A stretch of 63,964 nt of DNA, filler included, from Saprolegnia diclina VS20 (Eukaryota), in NCBI RefSeq assembly GCF_000281045.1. It is 6 parts of 2 records of this genome, joined end to end, with 100 filler letters (N's around TTAATTAATTAA, not from the genome) between each part and the next. Parts side by side here need not be neighbours in the genome. Positions count along the whole stretch, not along the records: positions 37,843 to 58,929 come from NW_008246112.1; 5 more parts are not named here. One strand, given 5' to 3'. This document shows, piece after piece, positions 39,611 through 52,697 of the stretch. The notes beneath the pieces were generated by a model. The model saw nothing but the letters and a program-made list of their open reading frames with translations. It was not told where the DNA came from and made no database searches. The first letter of the stretch is position 1, and the number at the start of each line of letters is the position of its first letter. The position numbers were made by a program, and so were the translations under genes.

Positions 39611-39741
39611 GAGATCAGACGTGCTTGAAGCAAAATCTCGTGCAGCGACCGCACCGGCTCCTGGTGGGTTACCCCGCAATTAAGCGGGCGCCAGGACAAC
39701 AGCGGATCTTCCCGACAAGTGAGTTTCACTCATCATATCTC
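39611..39741 (-). ncRNA. Putative box C/D snoRNA, copy 1
   Basis: Minus strand GAGA-t-ATGATGA ... CTGA-TCTC: box C, box D and terminal stem. Confidence 0.65.
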
Positions 39742-39804
39742 ACAAATACAAAGAAAAACTAAGAACATGCAAATAAAAACCAAAAAATAAGACGTTGGCA
39801 CGTA

Positions 39805-39936
39805 GAGGTCAGACGTGCATCAATGCAGTATCTCGTGCAGCGACCGCACCGGCTCCTGGTGGGTTGCCCCGCAATTAAGCGGGCGCCAGGACAACAGTGG
39901 ATCTCCCCGACAGGTGAGTTTCACTCATCACACCTC
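39805..39936 (-). ncRNA. Putative box C/D snoRNA, copy 2
   Basis: Minus strand GAGG-t-GTGATGA ... CTGA-CCTC; paralog of copy 1 with a compensatory stem change. Confidence 0.65.
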
Positions 39937-40582
39937 GTGCTTGCCGTTTCGGTATCTAAGCTACTAGACAATTCGAATGTCATAGTTCTCGATGCATCAG
40001 CCGACGTAGAGAAGACGTCAGTGGCACACCGCTTGATATTGCTCTAGGCTACAGGTAGCGCTGGCGCATCGACGGAGGAGATGCGATAGCCAGAGACTCT
40101 AGATAATGTAGCCGGTCTAGTCTACGTAGCAGGATGCGCAGGAGACTGCCCGCGACCTCTGCCGTTGCGCTCGATTTGAAAACTGACAACCAGTGAAAAA
40201 ATCGGGTGCGACGAAAACCTCTCTCAAATGAACCATTTCCCTCTCTCAAATGAACATTGTCTGGACAAAAAAGGGTACAATCGCCCTTTCTTTAAGCCAC
40301 ACATTGCACTTGTGACAAAAAAGGTGGACTCTGGAACATTACCGGCACGTGGCGCTGCCACGTACACAGACGCGCTACATTCGAGAAAATTCAACCGCGG
40401 CTGCCGCTCCGTCGAGACGCGGCGGCACAACGACTGTGCCCTACCCACGCCTTTGTTGCCTACGGCCTTTCTCACAGAGATGCAGCGTAATGCATTGGCC
40501 CGTGGCGAAATTCCAGCGCTTAAAATACTGGCTTACGCAAGATATTGGTGCCGTAGCTACGCGCCACTATCGGGCTTGGTGC

Positions 40583-43358
40583 TCAGAGCGTCTTGTAGCT
40601 GCTTCTGAACAAGCTTCTCAGCGCTGTCATTAGGCGGCGCGTCGTGGCCGTAGAGGCGAAGGAGCCCAAGCACCTCAGCGCTCGTCGCACCAACGGCGTA
40701 CCGAAACAAGAGCGCCTCCATCGTCTACGCAAAATATGAAATGTCTCCTTGCCTTTGGACACTGGGTACCCACCGCAAGCGCAACAGCGACGGACGGTGA
40801 CCACTCAAAGAGCCGCGCCGCCCAGTACCGGCTTAGCACCGGGTGCAAATACCCGGTGGCTCGAAGGTGCGACTGAATGTTGTTCCAAAAGCCGTCGTTC
40901 GTCGCGCTGGCTTCCAGCTCGTACGGCAAGTATTGGGTCGTCAACGAGGTCATTACAGGCGGTAGCGGCAAGCTCGCAACGTACGCTTCGTACAGTGCAC
41001 TACACAGCGGACGATGCCAAGTGATCGGCATGCCAGGTCGTACATGACGTCGTCTCGGTGGGTGTCGGCCACTGGGTCCTTGGGCCGCGCGAGCTCGTAG
41101 CTGTGCACGTCCATCTCGTGCGCGAGCACAATGTGTTCGATCGCACGGGTGTATAGGACCTAGTGCAAAACGATTTTCTAGATTCTGGTATCCAAAACCA
41201 GACTGGGCAGTACCTTGGACTGGAGACTCAAAAGCGACTGCAGCAGATGTATGGGCGAGAGGGAACCAAACCGAACGTATGGCAGCGCCGACAAGATGCC
41301 TCGACCCTATTCAAATGGAAGTATCAATGTTTCAATGACAACACCATCATTCTCAGCGTACGTGGAGTTCGTCTTGGATGGCGGGTCGTGGCACCATACT
41401 GCTCTGCACGAGCTCTTGGAGGGCCGCCAACGCTGCCGTCTCACTGTGCTTTGTCAATACCAAAGACAAAGCATGCAATCGCACCTCATGTTGCGCGCTG
41501 TCATCATCGACCGGTCGAGCAAATACCATGCAATGGTGTGTACGGCGAACGGCGGCGCCATGGGCGGCGGAAAGACGGAGCTTTGGCGGCGCGGGCAAAA
41601 GTCCAGCGGGGGTGCCGACCGGAGGCCGTCCTCAAGCTGCACGGCCCACGTGGTCTTAAAAATTTCCTTGGTGACTAATGCCATGTGTCGCCACGGCACG
41701 ACGCAGGTGCTGTCGACCTACACATCGCGCGCTGAGTCCGCACGTTGCAATATGCTGTTGTACGAGCAGCAGCGACGACGTGAGCTGCTCCGCGGCAAGC
41801 CGGGCCACCGTGCGGCTGGTGATATGTCCGTCATCCGTGACGACGAGTTGCGCACGAAACGAGTTGAGGGCTTGCACAAGGCGCGCGTTGCGCGTCTACG
41901 TCAACATCGACTTGGCACCAGTGTTCGTACGCAAACATGGACACCTCGATGGCCTCGTCAGTGGACTCGGTGATCGCGTAGAGCGGGATACTGTGGGCTT
42001 GGAGCTGCCGGCGGACGTCGGCGATCGCGGACGGGAAGCACTCGTGCGTTGGCGATGATGCCACTGACACCATGGCGCGGGGCAGGGCGCAAAAAGCGAC
42101 AGCCGGTAGCTCGAGTTGTCGGCTCAGATGCGAGAGCGCAACCAGCGCGTAGTTGTCATGCATCCGCCACGTATGCTGGATCCAGTACACGAGCACGGGC
42201 GACACTGGATATATATGACCATAAATGCAACCGCCGGAGGGCAGAGAGTACCTGGTGCCGCGGCGTGCGACGGAAGAAGATGACAACGCGCTTGCAACGC
42301 CGATGACCAGACCTATGGACCGGGTTACCAGATGCGATACAGCATCGAACGTACTGCCATGGACGGTCCAATGTCCACGCGAGGCACACTCTTAGTCGTT
42401 GGGGCCTCGTCGGATTCGTCAAAGACGTTGTCGAGCGACGCCAGCGGTACGTCGTCGTCTTCGTGCTTGAGCCAGGACGCCAAGGTCGGACACTTGTCGG
42501 AGAGCGAGAGCAGCACTTGCAGGGCATCGCCTTGCACATGGGGCGGCGACGCTGGCTCAGCAGCCCCCGCCTCGTCCGTTACCAAAACCAAGGGCGGAGG
42601 TGCCGAAGCAGAAAGGTCGTACAAGCGCATCGTGGCCGAGTACGGCGTCTCGCTTGGCGTGGACGCCGTGTGCTCGTCGTGGACCATGGACGGAGGGGAG
42701 TGCTGCGTGGGGGACGCCGGCACATCCCTCTCCGCAGTTGCCTCTGTCGCGCTGTCTTCGAGAACCAACGGCGTAGAAGCGCTCATGTTCGCGCACGTCA
42801 CAATCTCGAGGGTTGTGTTTTGAGGCGAGGGCTTGGCGGGCGACGGTGTCGAGGTGGTCCTCATCGCGCTCGTCGGCGCCGTTCGTGGAGGCGAGGGCTC
42901 GGATGGTGGCGCCTCGTCGGTCTTGGTCGGCGACGGTGTGGAGGGTACAATCATGTCGTCAACCATACCGACGTCGTGTACGGTAGGTGCATGGCGTGGC
43001 GAGGAAGGTCCATCTGGCGCTGTGTACGTCGCTTCGATGGCTTCGTCGTCGTCGCTCTCGGGGCAAAAATCATCGTGCATACTAACGCTGGCCGGCAAAG
43101 GACATGCAGATTGCGTGCGCTCCGCCGGTGCGAGCTGCGCATCTTCAAACCGCTCGATCGCAGCCCACTACAGCATGCCCGAGGTCAACCGCCGGGCACA
43201 TTCGATAGGATGCGTACAATGTCGGGCGCAAGGTCGTCCGGCAGACCGTCGAGCACGCGGTACGTCCGCCCTGTCGGCCTCTCGACGCATCGCTCGACGA
43301 TCTCTTCGCGCTTGCGCTTGGGCCGGCGCGGCGCGGCCTTCTTGCGCTTTGCCGCCAT
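40583..43358 (-). CDS. Divergent class II CPD photolyase-like protein with long disordered N-terminus (multi-exon)
   Basis: VLVYWIQHTWRMHDNYAL (photolyase N-domain); ELEASATNDGFWNNIQSHLRATGYLHPVLSRYWAARLFEWSPS (FAD-domain-like). Confidence 0.7.
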
Positions 43359-43716
43359 CTTGGCTCGAATGCACTCGCACCGAGCACCCTATCCGGAAAT
43401 TCGGATACAGGTATCCATAGAAACAAACCATATCTTCCTAGGCCAGTACGCGCTTGACGATCCTTGAAGCCACGGTACGCCGTTACTTGCGTAGCCTCTC
43501 TTATCATGGTGTTACGCACGTCGACCTTACCAATCGTGCAGTCTACTAGTATTGCGCTCGACTCCTCGCTTGATCACCCGTCAAACGACCTGACGAGGGC
43601 ATGTTGTAGTATATATGGCACATGAAATCCATATATTAATACAGAGTTCCAGAGATTCTGTACATCGAATTTTCATGACATCCGTTCTGTGTGGTTTGCG
43701 GCGAGGGCTGAGCACG

Positions 43717-44463
43717 ATGGCTTCGACGACGACCAAGACTTTCGCACTCGGTACGGCGCCATGGGCGACCAGCTCCTAAGGCTGCGTAGATGGCTTCTGC
43801 CTGCGCCAGTTTGACGACCCGAGCTACAAGGGCACGCACATCGCTTACGACAAGGCGGCCTTCGAGGCCAAGATCAACGAGCTCTATGCGGCCGGCGCGT
43901 GCTCGCTCATCGACGGGTACGTCTGCCGCCTCGCTGACGCGACCCCATGCAGCTGTGGCTAGCTACGCGCCGTTCTGCAAGCATCTCTTTGTACCGAACT
44001 TTGTCGGTGCCAAGCTGAGCACGGCGCTCATTACGGACGTCAACAAGCACCTGCTCGAGACCGACTACGTCGCCCGCGTGCCCACGGAGCTCCCCGTGTA
44101 GGTTCTATCTTAGCTCTTTCGCAAAGTGCATCATGGACGCTACGTAGGCTCGCGCGCTGGTTCCCGAGTGCGTCCCTCGAGCCCGAAGCTGCGTCGTTCC
44201 TCGACATCATTTTGTACAGCCGCGACCAGATCCGCAAGGAGACGGCGGCGACAGGGCTCCCGCTCGATAACGTCAACGACGACGTGCCGTGGGGCATCAT
44301 CTCGGTCAAGGCGCAGGACGTCGCCCACGAGCTGCCCATGAACCCGATCACGGTACTCCGCAACGCGCTCGGAAAGGAAGAAGGCGGGTCGGGCGTCCCG
44401 CTCTCCCGCGAAAAGTACCTCGAGGCCGTCGCCTATTGGAAGACGCACGCCGTGATCCAATAA
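43717..44463 (+). CDS. DUF3228-family protein (4 exons)
   Basis: FCLRQFDD, DGYAPFCKHLFVPNF, ELPVLARWF, LDIILYSRDQI, WGIISVKAQ, ELPMNPITVLRNALG.EEGGSGVPL. Confidence 0.85.
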
Positions 44464-44483
44464 GAAGACGATAAGAAAGCATC

Positions 44484-47400
44484 TTATTGCTGCCACGAGT
44501 GCGCCAGCTTCATGTGATACGAGAGGACGGTCTCGAGCGGCGGCGACGTTGCTGTCGTTGACACCGCCGACGTGTTGAGCTTGGGGAGCGTTCGCTTGAG
44601 AAGGCCGCGTTGGGCCCGGTGCTGCGGCAGTCGCGTCGTCTGTGACGGTAGCTGCGTCAGCGATGCGGCGCGCTGGAGCTCGAGTATCCCTTCGACGGTC
44701 TTGATTTCCCGCTTCTTGCGGACGGTTGCGCGCCGGTTGACGTCGTCCAAATGCCCGAGTTCGTGCAAGACCACATCTACCGCGCACGTGTGAAGAGGTG
44801 CGCGCGTTTGATGCGCACGAACCCAACGGCGCGCTCGCGGCCGTGTCATCGTCTTTGGCTTGGCCTTTTCGCGTCACGAGCTGCGACAAGCTCTTGAAGC
44901 GCGCGCACGTGCGCGGCGTGAGCTTGAAACTCGGGCTCCCGAGCGGTGATTTCGTGCTTAAACTCATCTGCGGCGTCGGCAGCGGCGTCACCTCGCGCTA
45001 CAACGACCCAGTCAACCGTCATCGAGCCATCCGAGGACATGAAATACCCGGGGATCGCGCATCGCGAGGCTGAGCTGGTGCACTTTGCTGCAGAGTTCGC
45101 GCGCCTGGGCTTCCTTGACGCGGCGCCGGCACGACGTGTCCACGGGCACGGTCCACGGCTCGACGACTACCCCACAATTGATAACATCAACTAGATGCCG
45201 CGCCACGGACCTGGTTCGCGGCGTGTCGCAAAATAGTCGAGCGTGCCTTCCGGGTCGCCGTCGCTCGTCCACGCCTTGACCTGGCCCGCAACCGAGCACG
45301 AGAGAAGCGACGTTCCGCCCTTGACGCACGGAACCGACGAGAGCTTGGCGACCGCGCTCGGTCCCGTCGACCACTGCACGTCGTGGTAGACGCACGTCGG
45401 TGGTGGGCTGTTTTGCTGGATCGACTTGGCCGCTTTGACGCTTTTATGGATCGCATCCCAGACCACCTCGCTGTGCGTGTGCCGCCCGACCGTGGCTTCA
45501 GCACTCCGACCGCCCGCTCCGTTGGGCTCGTCGTTGGTCTCGGGCGGCAATGCGTCCTTGGGAAGGAGCGCACGCGCGCACATGTCGTGTGTGAGCGTCC
45601 ACCGCGTCACGCGGCCCGCTTCGTCGCCGCCAATGACCCAGTAGTCCGGCTTGGCACCCTAAACCAATGTTCCTAGCATCGATATAGGGCGATGCAATAA
45701 TCTGCCTACGGGCGTCACGACAACATGAAGGCACGTGATGGGGCTGCCTTTGGCCGTGTGCTTGAACTCAAAGAGGCATTGGGACGGCGCAGCAGACCGC
45801 CGAACGCCCCAGAGAAAGACGTCGCCGTTGGAAAAACCCGCGAGAAGCCCGGGGTGCGCGCCGAGGAAGGCGATGCACATGATCTCGCCGCAGTGCACGC
45901 GCGGAGGCACGCACGACCCGACCAGTTGCGGCGAGTAGAAGTCCCACAGCTGCAGATAGCACTCCTGTCCCCGTATCAGCGATATACGTTCGAGGTAGCA
46001 AGCACGTACGCCAAGCGCGCCCGAGACATGCGCCATCGTCGCGATGAGATCCCATGCTTCGCTCACTTGGCTTGTCACAATGTCGATCGAGAGCTGCGCG
46101 CCATGGAGGTTGCTTGATGGCAGCCCGCTATTGCTGCGCGGTCGAAGGTCCGTCTAAAGTGCACAAAAATGTCTAGTACCCTGTAGACTCATGAGGGGTG
46201 TAGTCACTGCCGACGATGGACGAGAGCGCTGGGAGAGAAGCACGGTGCATGCTGGTGGCGGCGCCTCGAGGTGAATTGAGCGCAACAGCACCGAGAGCGG
46301 CGCGCCAGCGTACGGTACATAATACCCGTGGGCGTTGTTCTCATCGCAGATATGGATGCTCGAGTCCATGGCGGTCGAGACGACACACTTGGCTTTGGCC
46401 GCGTACGATATGGACGTGATCTAGGGTTGTGTATGGATCCTTGTCCATATATTCATTCGGTATGGTACCGCGAGGGCGTGCGGGTCGAGCTCCTTCATGA
46501 GGTTGCCGTTGACCATGTTGACGACGAGAATTTGGCCCGCGTCATCGCCGACAATTAGCTTGCGCTCGCGGTCGTCCATACACACGGCTGTGATTCCGCG
46601 CACGGGTCGTTCGTTGTAAATGACTTGGAGGTTGTATACTTTGGTGGCTTTGCCCGTACCAACGTCCCAGAGAATCAGGCGGTGATCTAAATACTGCGAG
46701 GTATATACATGGACAGCAAAATATGGTGACATGGACGTATTACACGTCGCGGCAGTAATGAGGTTGAGCGTCGCGTTGAAGGCCATAAAGATAAACTCTT
46801 CTCGGTCGCGGGTAATCGAGCAGTCAAAGTACTCGACGCACTTGCCGCCGCAGAGGAGGACAGCGTCGGCGTGGGCTGTGGCAGGCATCACGAGCTGTGC
46901 TCGAAGCAATCCCATCTCCGCCGAGTGGGCCTGAAACACCTAGCACAATGTAGATGTTTATACATGCCAAAAGAATGTACTATATGTCGCACAACCTGTA
47001 GACAGTCCCATGACGTGGCAGACCACACGCGACAGGTGCCAAGCTCATCGGACGAGAGGAGGTGGCTCTCCGAGTCGACGGCGGTGATGGCACATAGCTA
47101 TTCACAGCGCCATGTCAACGTCCAAGTTAGACACTGAGGTAGCGTTTACCGCTGCATGGTGCCCACGCAACGCCGTCCCAAGGACGCCGTTGTCCACGTT
47201 CCAGATCTACATCCACGTCAAGCTCAGCAAAAAGATCCACATATAATCACACAAACCAAGATCTCCATCGTGCTTTCTTCTGCAAACGAGTAAAACCCAA
47301 TGCTTGCGAGGTAGGCAAACTTGGACGAGTGAACAACAGCCTTGACGCCTACGGTGCATATACCCTCGTAAGTATAAATCCTGTCTTTCGGGGAAATTGA

Positions 47401-48509
47401 TAAGCAATTTAACAATGGAAAAACACAAATATACCTTTTTCATGGGCCTCGAGCACCACATCAGCGTGTTCGCGCGAGAGGTCGTGGAGTGTGATGAGAC
47501 CACTAAAGCTGCCAAAGGCCACAGCCGTGCGCGTGCTGCGCTTGACGACGCAGAGCGCACTCACACCCTTGACGTCGACCTCCATGTCCACGGACGCCAG
47601 CGCTGCAATGTCGTATGCTGCGATGAGCGGACTTGGGGGCTTTCGGTGCTGGTGCTTGCTCATGTGGCCAGTTGCCGTCAAGAGAAGCTGGGCCGACGGA
47701 ACCCAGAGGAGCAGCTCGTGCGGCGCTGGTGTTTCGACGCGCTGCAGCGGCACGGGACCGTAAATGCGGCCAATGTCCCACAGCGTGATCGTACCGTGTT
47801 GCTGGAGCACAGACGACACGACGAGCATCGATCGCGTCGGCACTTCCTCGATCGCGAGCACCTATCAATCGGTCATTTTTAGTGACAAAAAGGTTATGAG
47901 ACACTCCCTACCTTATGGGCTTGGTACGCCGTGTGGAGGCGAATCGTCGAGGCAAAGCGAGGCTCGGCGTCGCGCTCGTGGGCGACCACATACAAATGTA
48001 CCACGTCCGCGTGCACTTCAAAGTACGCGACGGCGCTCTTGGCCGCGAGGTACAAAAGCTGCGCAATGTACGTGCGCTCGGCCGTAATCGGCTGCGTCGA
48101 GTTGGCGAGCTCGCCCTTGAAGCTCAGTTTTGTATAGAGTTTGGTGGCCGACTGCGCGCTGATCGCCTCTTCCGCTTTGGCAATGCCCGCGTCCATGATA
48201 TAGCTAGCCAATTATCCACCCTGCATTTTGCTGTGGACGATGAATTCGTACCCCGCAAATTCGTCCCACTCGAGAGACCCGTCGCCGTTGACGTCAATGG
48301 TCTCAAAGAGCTCAATGACGGCCATTGCAAACTCGAGCTATACAAGTATCGAAAGCTCGAGTAGAAGGCAGCTCAGGTACCTCGTCCTGGATGTGTTCGT
48401 GGAGCGATTTGGTCATGGTGTAGACAAACTCGTCGATGGTGAGCGGCCGGACGAAGCGCGACTTGAGCCGCTTCACGTCCTCCGTGCTCAGCGCCATCAT
48501 GATATCCAT
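44484..48509 (-). CDS. EF-hand + WD40 repeat protein (multi-exon)
   Basis: LFETIDVNGDGSLEWDEF EF-hand; WD blades ITLWDI, LILWDV, LQLWDF, VFLWG, VKAW. Confidence 0.8.
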
Positions 48510-48844
48510 GGCCGCCGAGCGAGAAAGGCCGTCTGAAACCGGAAACCCGCGGTGGCGCCAATTGTATGTACCACAAATAGTGGCAATCCGTAGCGTTTCA
48601 CCCATGCAATTCCATGGCAAGAGCTCTACTAACGCGATATCAAACGTCCTATTTGCTCTCTTTTTGTTTTGTCTTGGCGTTTAGACGAGTCGCTAGCCCT
48701 CGTTCGCTATGTACAAGGCGAGACAACGTGTGCTCGCTGCCAGCGTGCGAGGTGGGGTATCCTCACTACAGGTGCAATTCACCATATCTATTTTTAGCCG
48801 GATTGTATCCGGTGATCCGGATACGGTGCCAGTTTTGGCTGGCG

Positions 48845-49806
48845 ATGGCGACCGAGACAGGCGTGGACGACGCGACGTCGACGTACGCGGACCTCTCGAC
48901 CCGAAGCCTCTTCTCGTGCGGCCTCGAGGTGCTGCGCACGAGCTGCGCCGAGGCCAAGGCGGCCAAGACCCGGGCCTTTGCCGCTGCGTGGAAGGCGGGC
49001 ACGATCTCGGCCACGTCGCTGCCCGACGACGACCTCGCTGCTGTGCCCGAGTCGCCGGCGCGCCCCGACTATGTGAGAATCGCATCCAAGAACGACAAGA
49101 TGAAGCAGGGTAACCGCAAGGCCTTTGCCCACAGGTACCCATATCCATATATCGATATATATGGCTCTGACGTGGACGTGTGTAGCGTGGCCCACGCTGA
49201 AAGCTACGCGATCGATCTCATGTGGGACATGGTCTGTCGCTTCGGACCGTCCAACGACATGCCCAAGGCGTTCTTTGACGACTTTGTGCGCATCGCCGAC
49301 GAAGAGGCGCAGCACTACCGCAGCTGGGCCGGTCGTCTCAAGGATTTCGACTCGTTCTACGGCGACCTGCCCGGCCACGACGGGCTCTGGGACAGCGCGC
49401 GCGAGACGTCGTCCGACATGCTCTCGCGGCTTGCGCTTGTGCACCTTGTGCACGAGGCGCGGGGCTTGGACACGTACCCGATGGCCGTCGCGCGCTTCAC
49501 CAAGAGCAACGACTTGACGACGCTGACGTTCATGGAGAAAAACCATAAAGAGGAAGTCACGCACGGTACAAAATTGTCCTTCTGTCTCGAGTTGAAAGGA
49601 CAATATTGTTGTGTGTAGTCGCGGCGGGGCTGCGCTGGTTCCAGTACCTCTGTGAGAAGCAAGGTGGATTGGACCCGATCCCGACCTTCCACGGCCTTGT
49701 CCGCGCCCACTACGTCGGTGTGCTCAAGCCTCCGTTCAACACGGCGGCGCGCGACCGTGCGCTCATGACCGAGGCATGGTACATGCCGCTGACCGAGCCG
49801 GCGTAA
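48845..49806 (+). CDS. DUF455 ferritin-like family protein (3 exons)
   Basis: AHAESYAIDL.WD, DEEAQH, YGDLPGHDGLW, HEARGLD, EEVTH|VAAGLRWF, KPPFN..AR. Confidence 0.85.
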
Positions 49807-49852
49807 ACATGGCACTGCCTTGAAAGTCGACAGAATAGAGTTGCAGCTTATT

Positions 49853-52023
49853 CTAGAGCTTTCGAAGGGTCAAGCACGCTTGAGCCCGCTCGTCGATGTC
49901 ATAGCTGATTGTGAGGCGGGCGCGGGGCGGCAACGCGAGGAACTCGCAGACCGAGACGCCTGCGACGTTGCCAGCCGAGTGCCGTAGCCGCCGGCCGTCG
50001 TTTTTGGAGCTATCGATTTGATTCAAAAACGAGCGAGCCTTAAGTAATACCTGGGTACGACGAGCGCCGGCTCCCCGTTGACGACGATGTGAATCGTCGG
50101 GTTGTAGTCGGTGAAGAAGCCAGCTTGAAGCATATAGAGGCCGGGTAGCTCGAGCGTGATGGCGTCGGCGCCTTTTTCCCATACGAAAATGTCGGGGCTC
50201 GTGTTGACAATCTGTATATTCCACTGGATGGTCTGGACCTCGCTGGGTCGACCGTGCTTCCAGATCTAGCGTTGAAAAAGCATGAGGCGTGAGCTGGGTT
50301 GGAACCGAGTACCCAGCGTCCAAGACAAAGCTCGCCGCGCATTTGCCGGCGAAGGCCGCTGAGATCGTCCCCAAGCGCCTTCACGTCGCCTTCGTCGGCC
50401 TTGGACCGCAGCGTTTCTTGGAGCGAAGCGAGGGCGTCGTTGACGTCGGCGATGTTGCACTTGGTGTCGAGAAGCGTACACGTGTCCTTGATGCCCATCT
50501 AGTAAGATCCATATCGTCCATATTCTAGTGCAAGGAGGCGCCACCTTGGTCACGAGCTGCGTGTGGAGATCGTCGACACTGAGCTTCCACCCGTCCATGA
50601 GCCGCACTTGGTGTTGCTATGCGGATAATCGTCCACATCGACTCCAGAACGCGTTTCCCTACCAGCGTCTGTATCGACTCGGCAATGTGTTCGTGGAGCT
50701 CTTTGGCGCGCGTCTCGACTTTTGTCCGGAGACTCTCGAGTTCGTCGCGCATCTCGCCTTGCATGTCGTTGGTTTGCTTGGTCGTTGCGTGGAGCAGCTC
50801 CGTGCACACCTCCCGCAGTTCGTCATGGCTCACCTTGGCTGCTAGCCATGCCTGGACGTCGTCTAGCCAATGGTCGATGCGAGATCTGGTGCTACATGTA
50901 AGTACCTTGGTTGACTTTGCGCGCAAAAATCTTGACCACATCCGATTTGGCACATTTTTTCTCTAGAATCTGGCCAAATTCAACTTTGAGCTGGCTGACC
51001 GTGCGCTGAAGCGTCTCGTCGAGCTCATGCAGACGCGTGTCGAGCGCTTCCTTCTCCAGTACCGTCTACCATTCGGTCCGCATGACAACATACAGTAGCG
51101 GTCTAACCTCGTGGCGCACGTCGTGGAGCTCGGAGCGGTCGACCTTGCCTGCAAGCACGAGCTTGACGTCGGACGCCATCGCGCGTTGTCGCTACAAGAC
51201 GAATGGTATCTCGAGTGTCGACGAGACTCGTATGGATACCAAGTGGGTCTGGCACTCGGCAATCACTTTAGTTAGTGCATCGTCGCGCTGGGTCTTTTGC
51301 CGATGAAACTCTCTCTGTACTTCGGTCTGCCACGCGGCTTGGGCGTGCACGAGCTCCGGAAGACGCTTTGCAAGTGCGTGCACTTCCGGTTCGATCGTCG
51401 CTTTGAACGCAAAGAGCTCGTGGAGCTGCGACTTGCGCACATGGTCTTTGGACTCGGTTTGTTGCTGGTGCGCCACGAGCTTTCCAAGTCGCTGCTCGGC
51501 TTCGGCGATTGCTGCTGACGCCGACGCCTTGGCCGCACGCGCCACCTACGACTGACATTGCATCCCACAGCGTTTGAATTGCACCTACGCTGGTAGACGC
51601 TGCGTCGAGGTCGGCTCTCGTGACGAATGAGTCGTGTGCCCGGTCCATGAGTAGTTTGGTGGTCAATGCGTTCGCCTCCTGAAGCGGGCCCACCGCATGG
51701 TCCATGCGGCGCTTCATTTGGTCGACCGCCGCCGCGACGCGCGTCTCGAGGTCGCTGGACGTCACGGCGCGCTTGAGGCACTTGCGCACGTCGTTTTGAA
51801 GCTGCGCAAAGTCGTGCTGGGAAATGGCACTCGCTATCGGCGGCGTGTGGGCATCGACGAGGCGGTCCAGGCGCGCGTCCAGCGTCTCGAGCAAGACAGC
51901 GTGGCTGGAGAGGATGCGGGCGACGGTCTCAAACGTGCTCTTGACGACCGCTTGGATGTTGCGCCACTCCGAGTCACTCGCCAGAAGCGCCTCAAGGCCC
52001 GTCACGGCCGCGGTCGAGGCCAT
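49853..52023 (-). CDS. Coiled-coil protein with C-terminal C1q/TNF-like beta domain (multi-exon)
   Basis: Heptad-rich exons; C-terminal GRW..WNIQIVNTSPDIF.W..ITLELPGLY..GFF...EFLALPPRARL..LTLRKL. Confidence 0.7.
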
Positions 52024-52697
52024 GGGTTTTGGATCCGAGTTGCCTGCGATTGGCTCGCTGTCCAATTGCCTTAGAGAGTAAACATTTCGAATTTTGCGAT
52101 CTTCAAGCTGCCTTTCGAACAAATTCAAATACGAGTTTGCCGTTGGGCTTGAAAGGTAGCTACCGTTGTCACTTGCGCAAGTGTCGAGACCACCTCAACA
52201 TAATGTCACGCCGTGCCGTGGCGCGATCGAGCTGGGTATACGCGATCCACCAGTGCGAGTGCACCACGTGGGCACAGCCAGGACTGACATCCCATGTGTG
52301 TCCACGCTGTGTGCTCAGTAAACCGCAGTAGTGTTGTCGTGGCAGTGAGTCCGCAACGCAGGTCCTTGTAGGTCGGTTTGGTCGTGCTTGACTCCGTGGC
52401 TTCACCTCGAGAGCATCCGTGTGCTGCTGATATCCGTGCCGTTGGCAGCGGTCGAATCGAGTCCTAGTACTACCTGACTACGGTGGCACACTATGCAGCA
52501 ACGGCGACAGGACAGTATGTAGATTCATGCGCAGGACGGACCAAGTCCTCCACCTCACGTGGTTGCAGCCAGATTCGCATGTCCCATCCGTCTGTCCGCA
52601 CTGCAGTAGCCAATCAGGTGCCGGGCCACGTTGCAATTCGCTTCAAAAGTACGCCTGCTGGCGCGACCGCGCGTTTTATTCGACCATTTGCGCAACG

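Noticed and set aside
39715..39741. Hammerhead ribozyme-like TGATGAgtGAAAC on the minus strand
   Set aside because: Lacks the invariant C of CUGAUGA and flanking stems I/III; the C/D-box reading fits better.
39611..39936. CRISPR-like or LTR interpretation of the direct repeats
   Set aside because: Eukaryotic context, only two long copies, no cas genes, no TG..CA ends or TSD.
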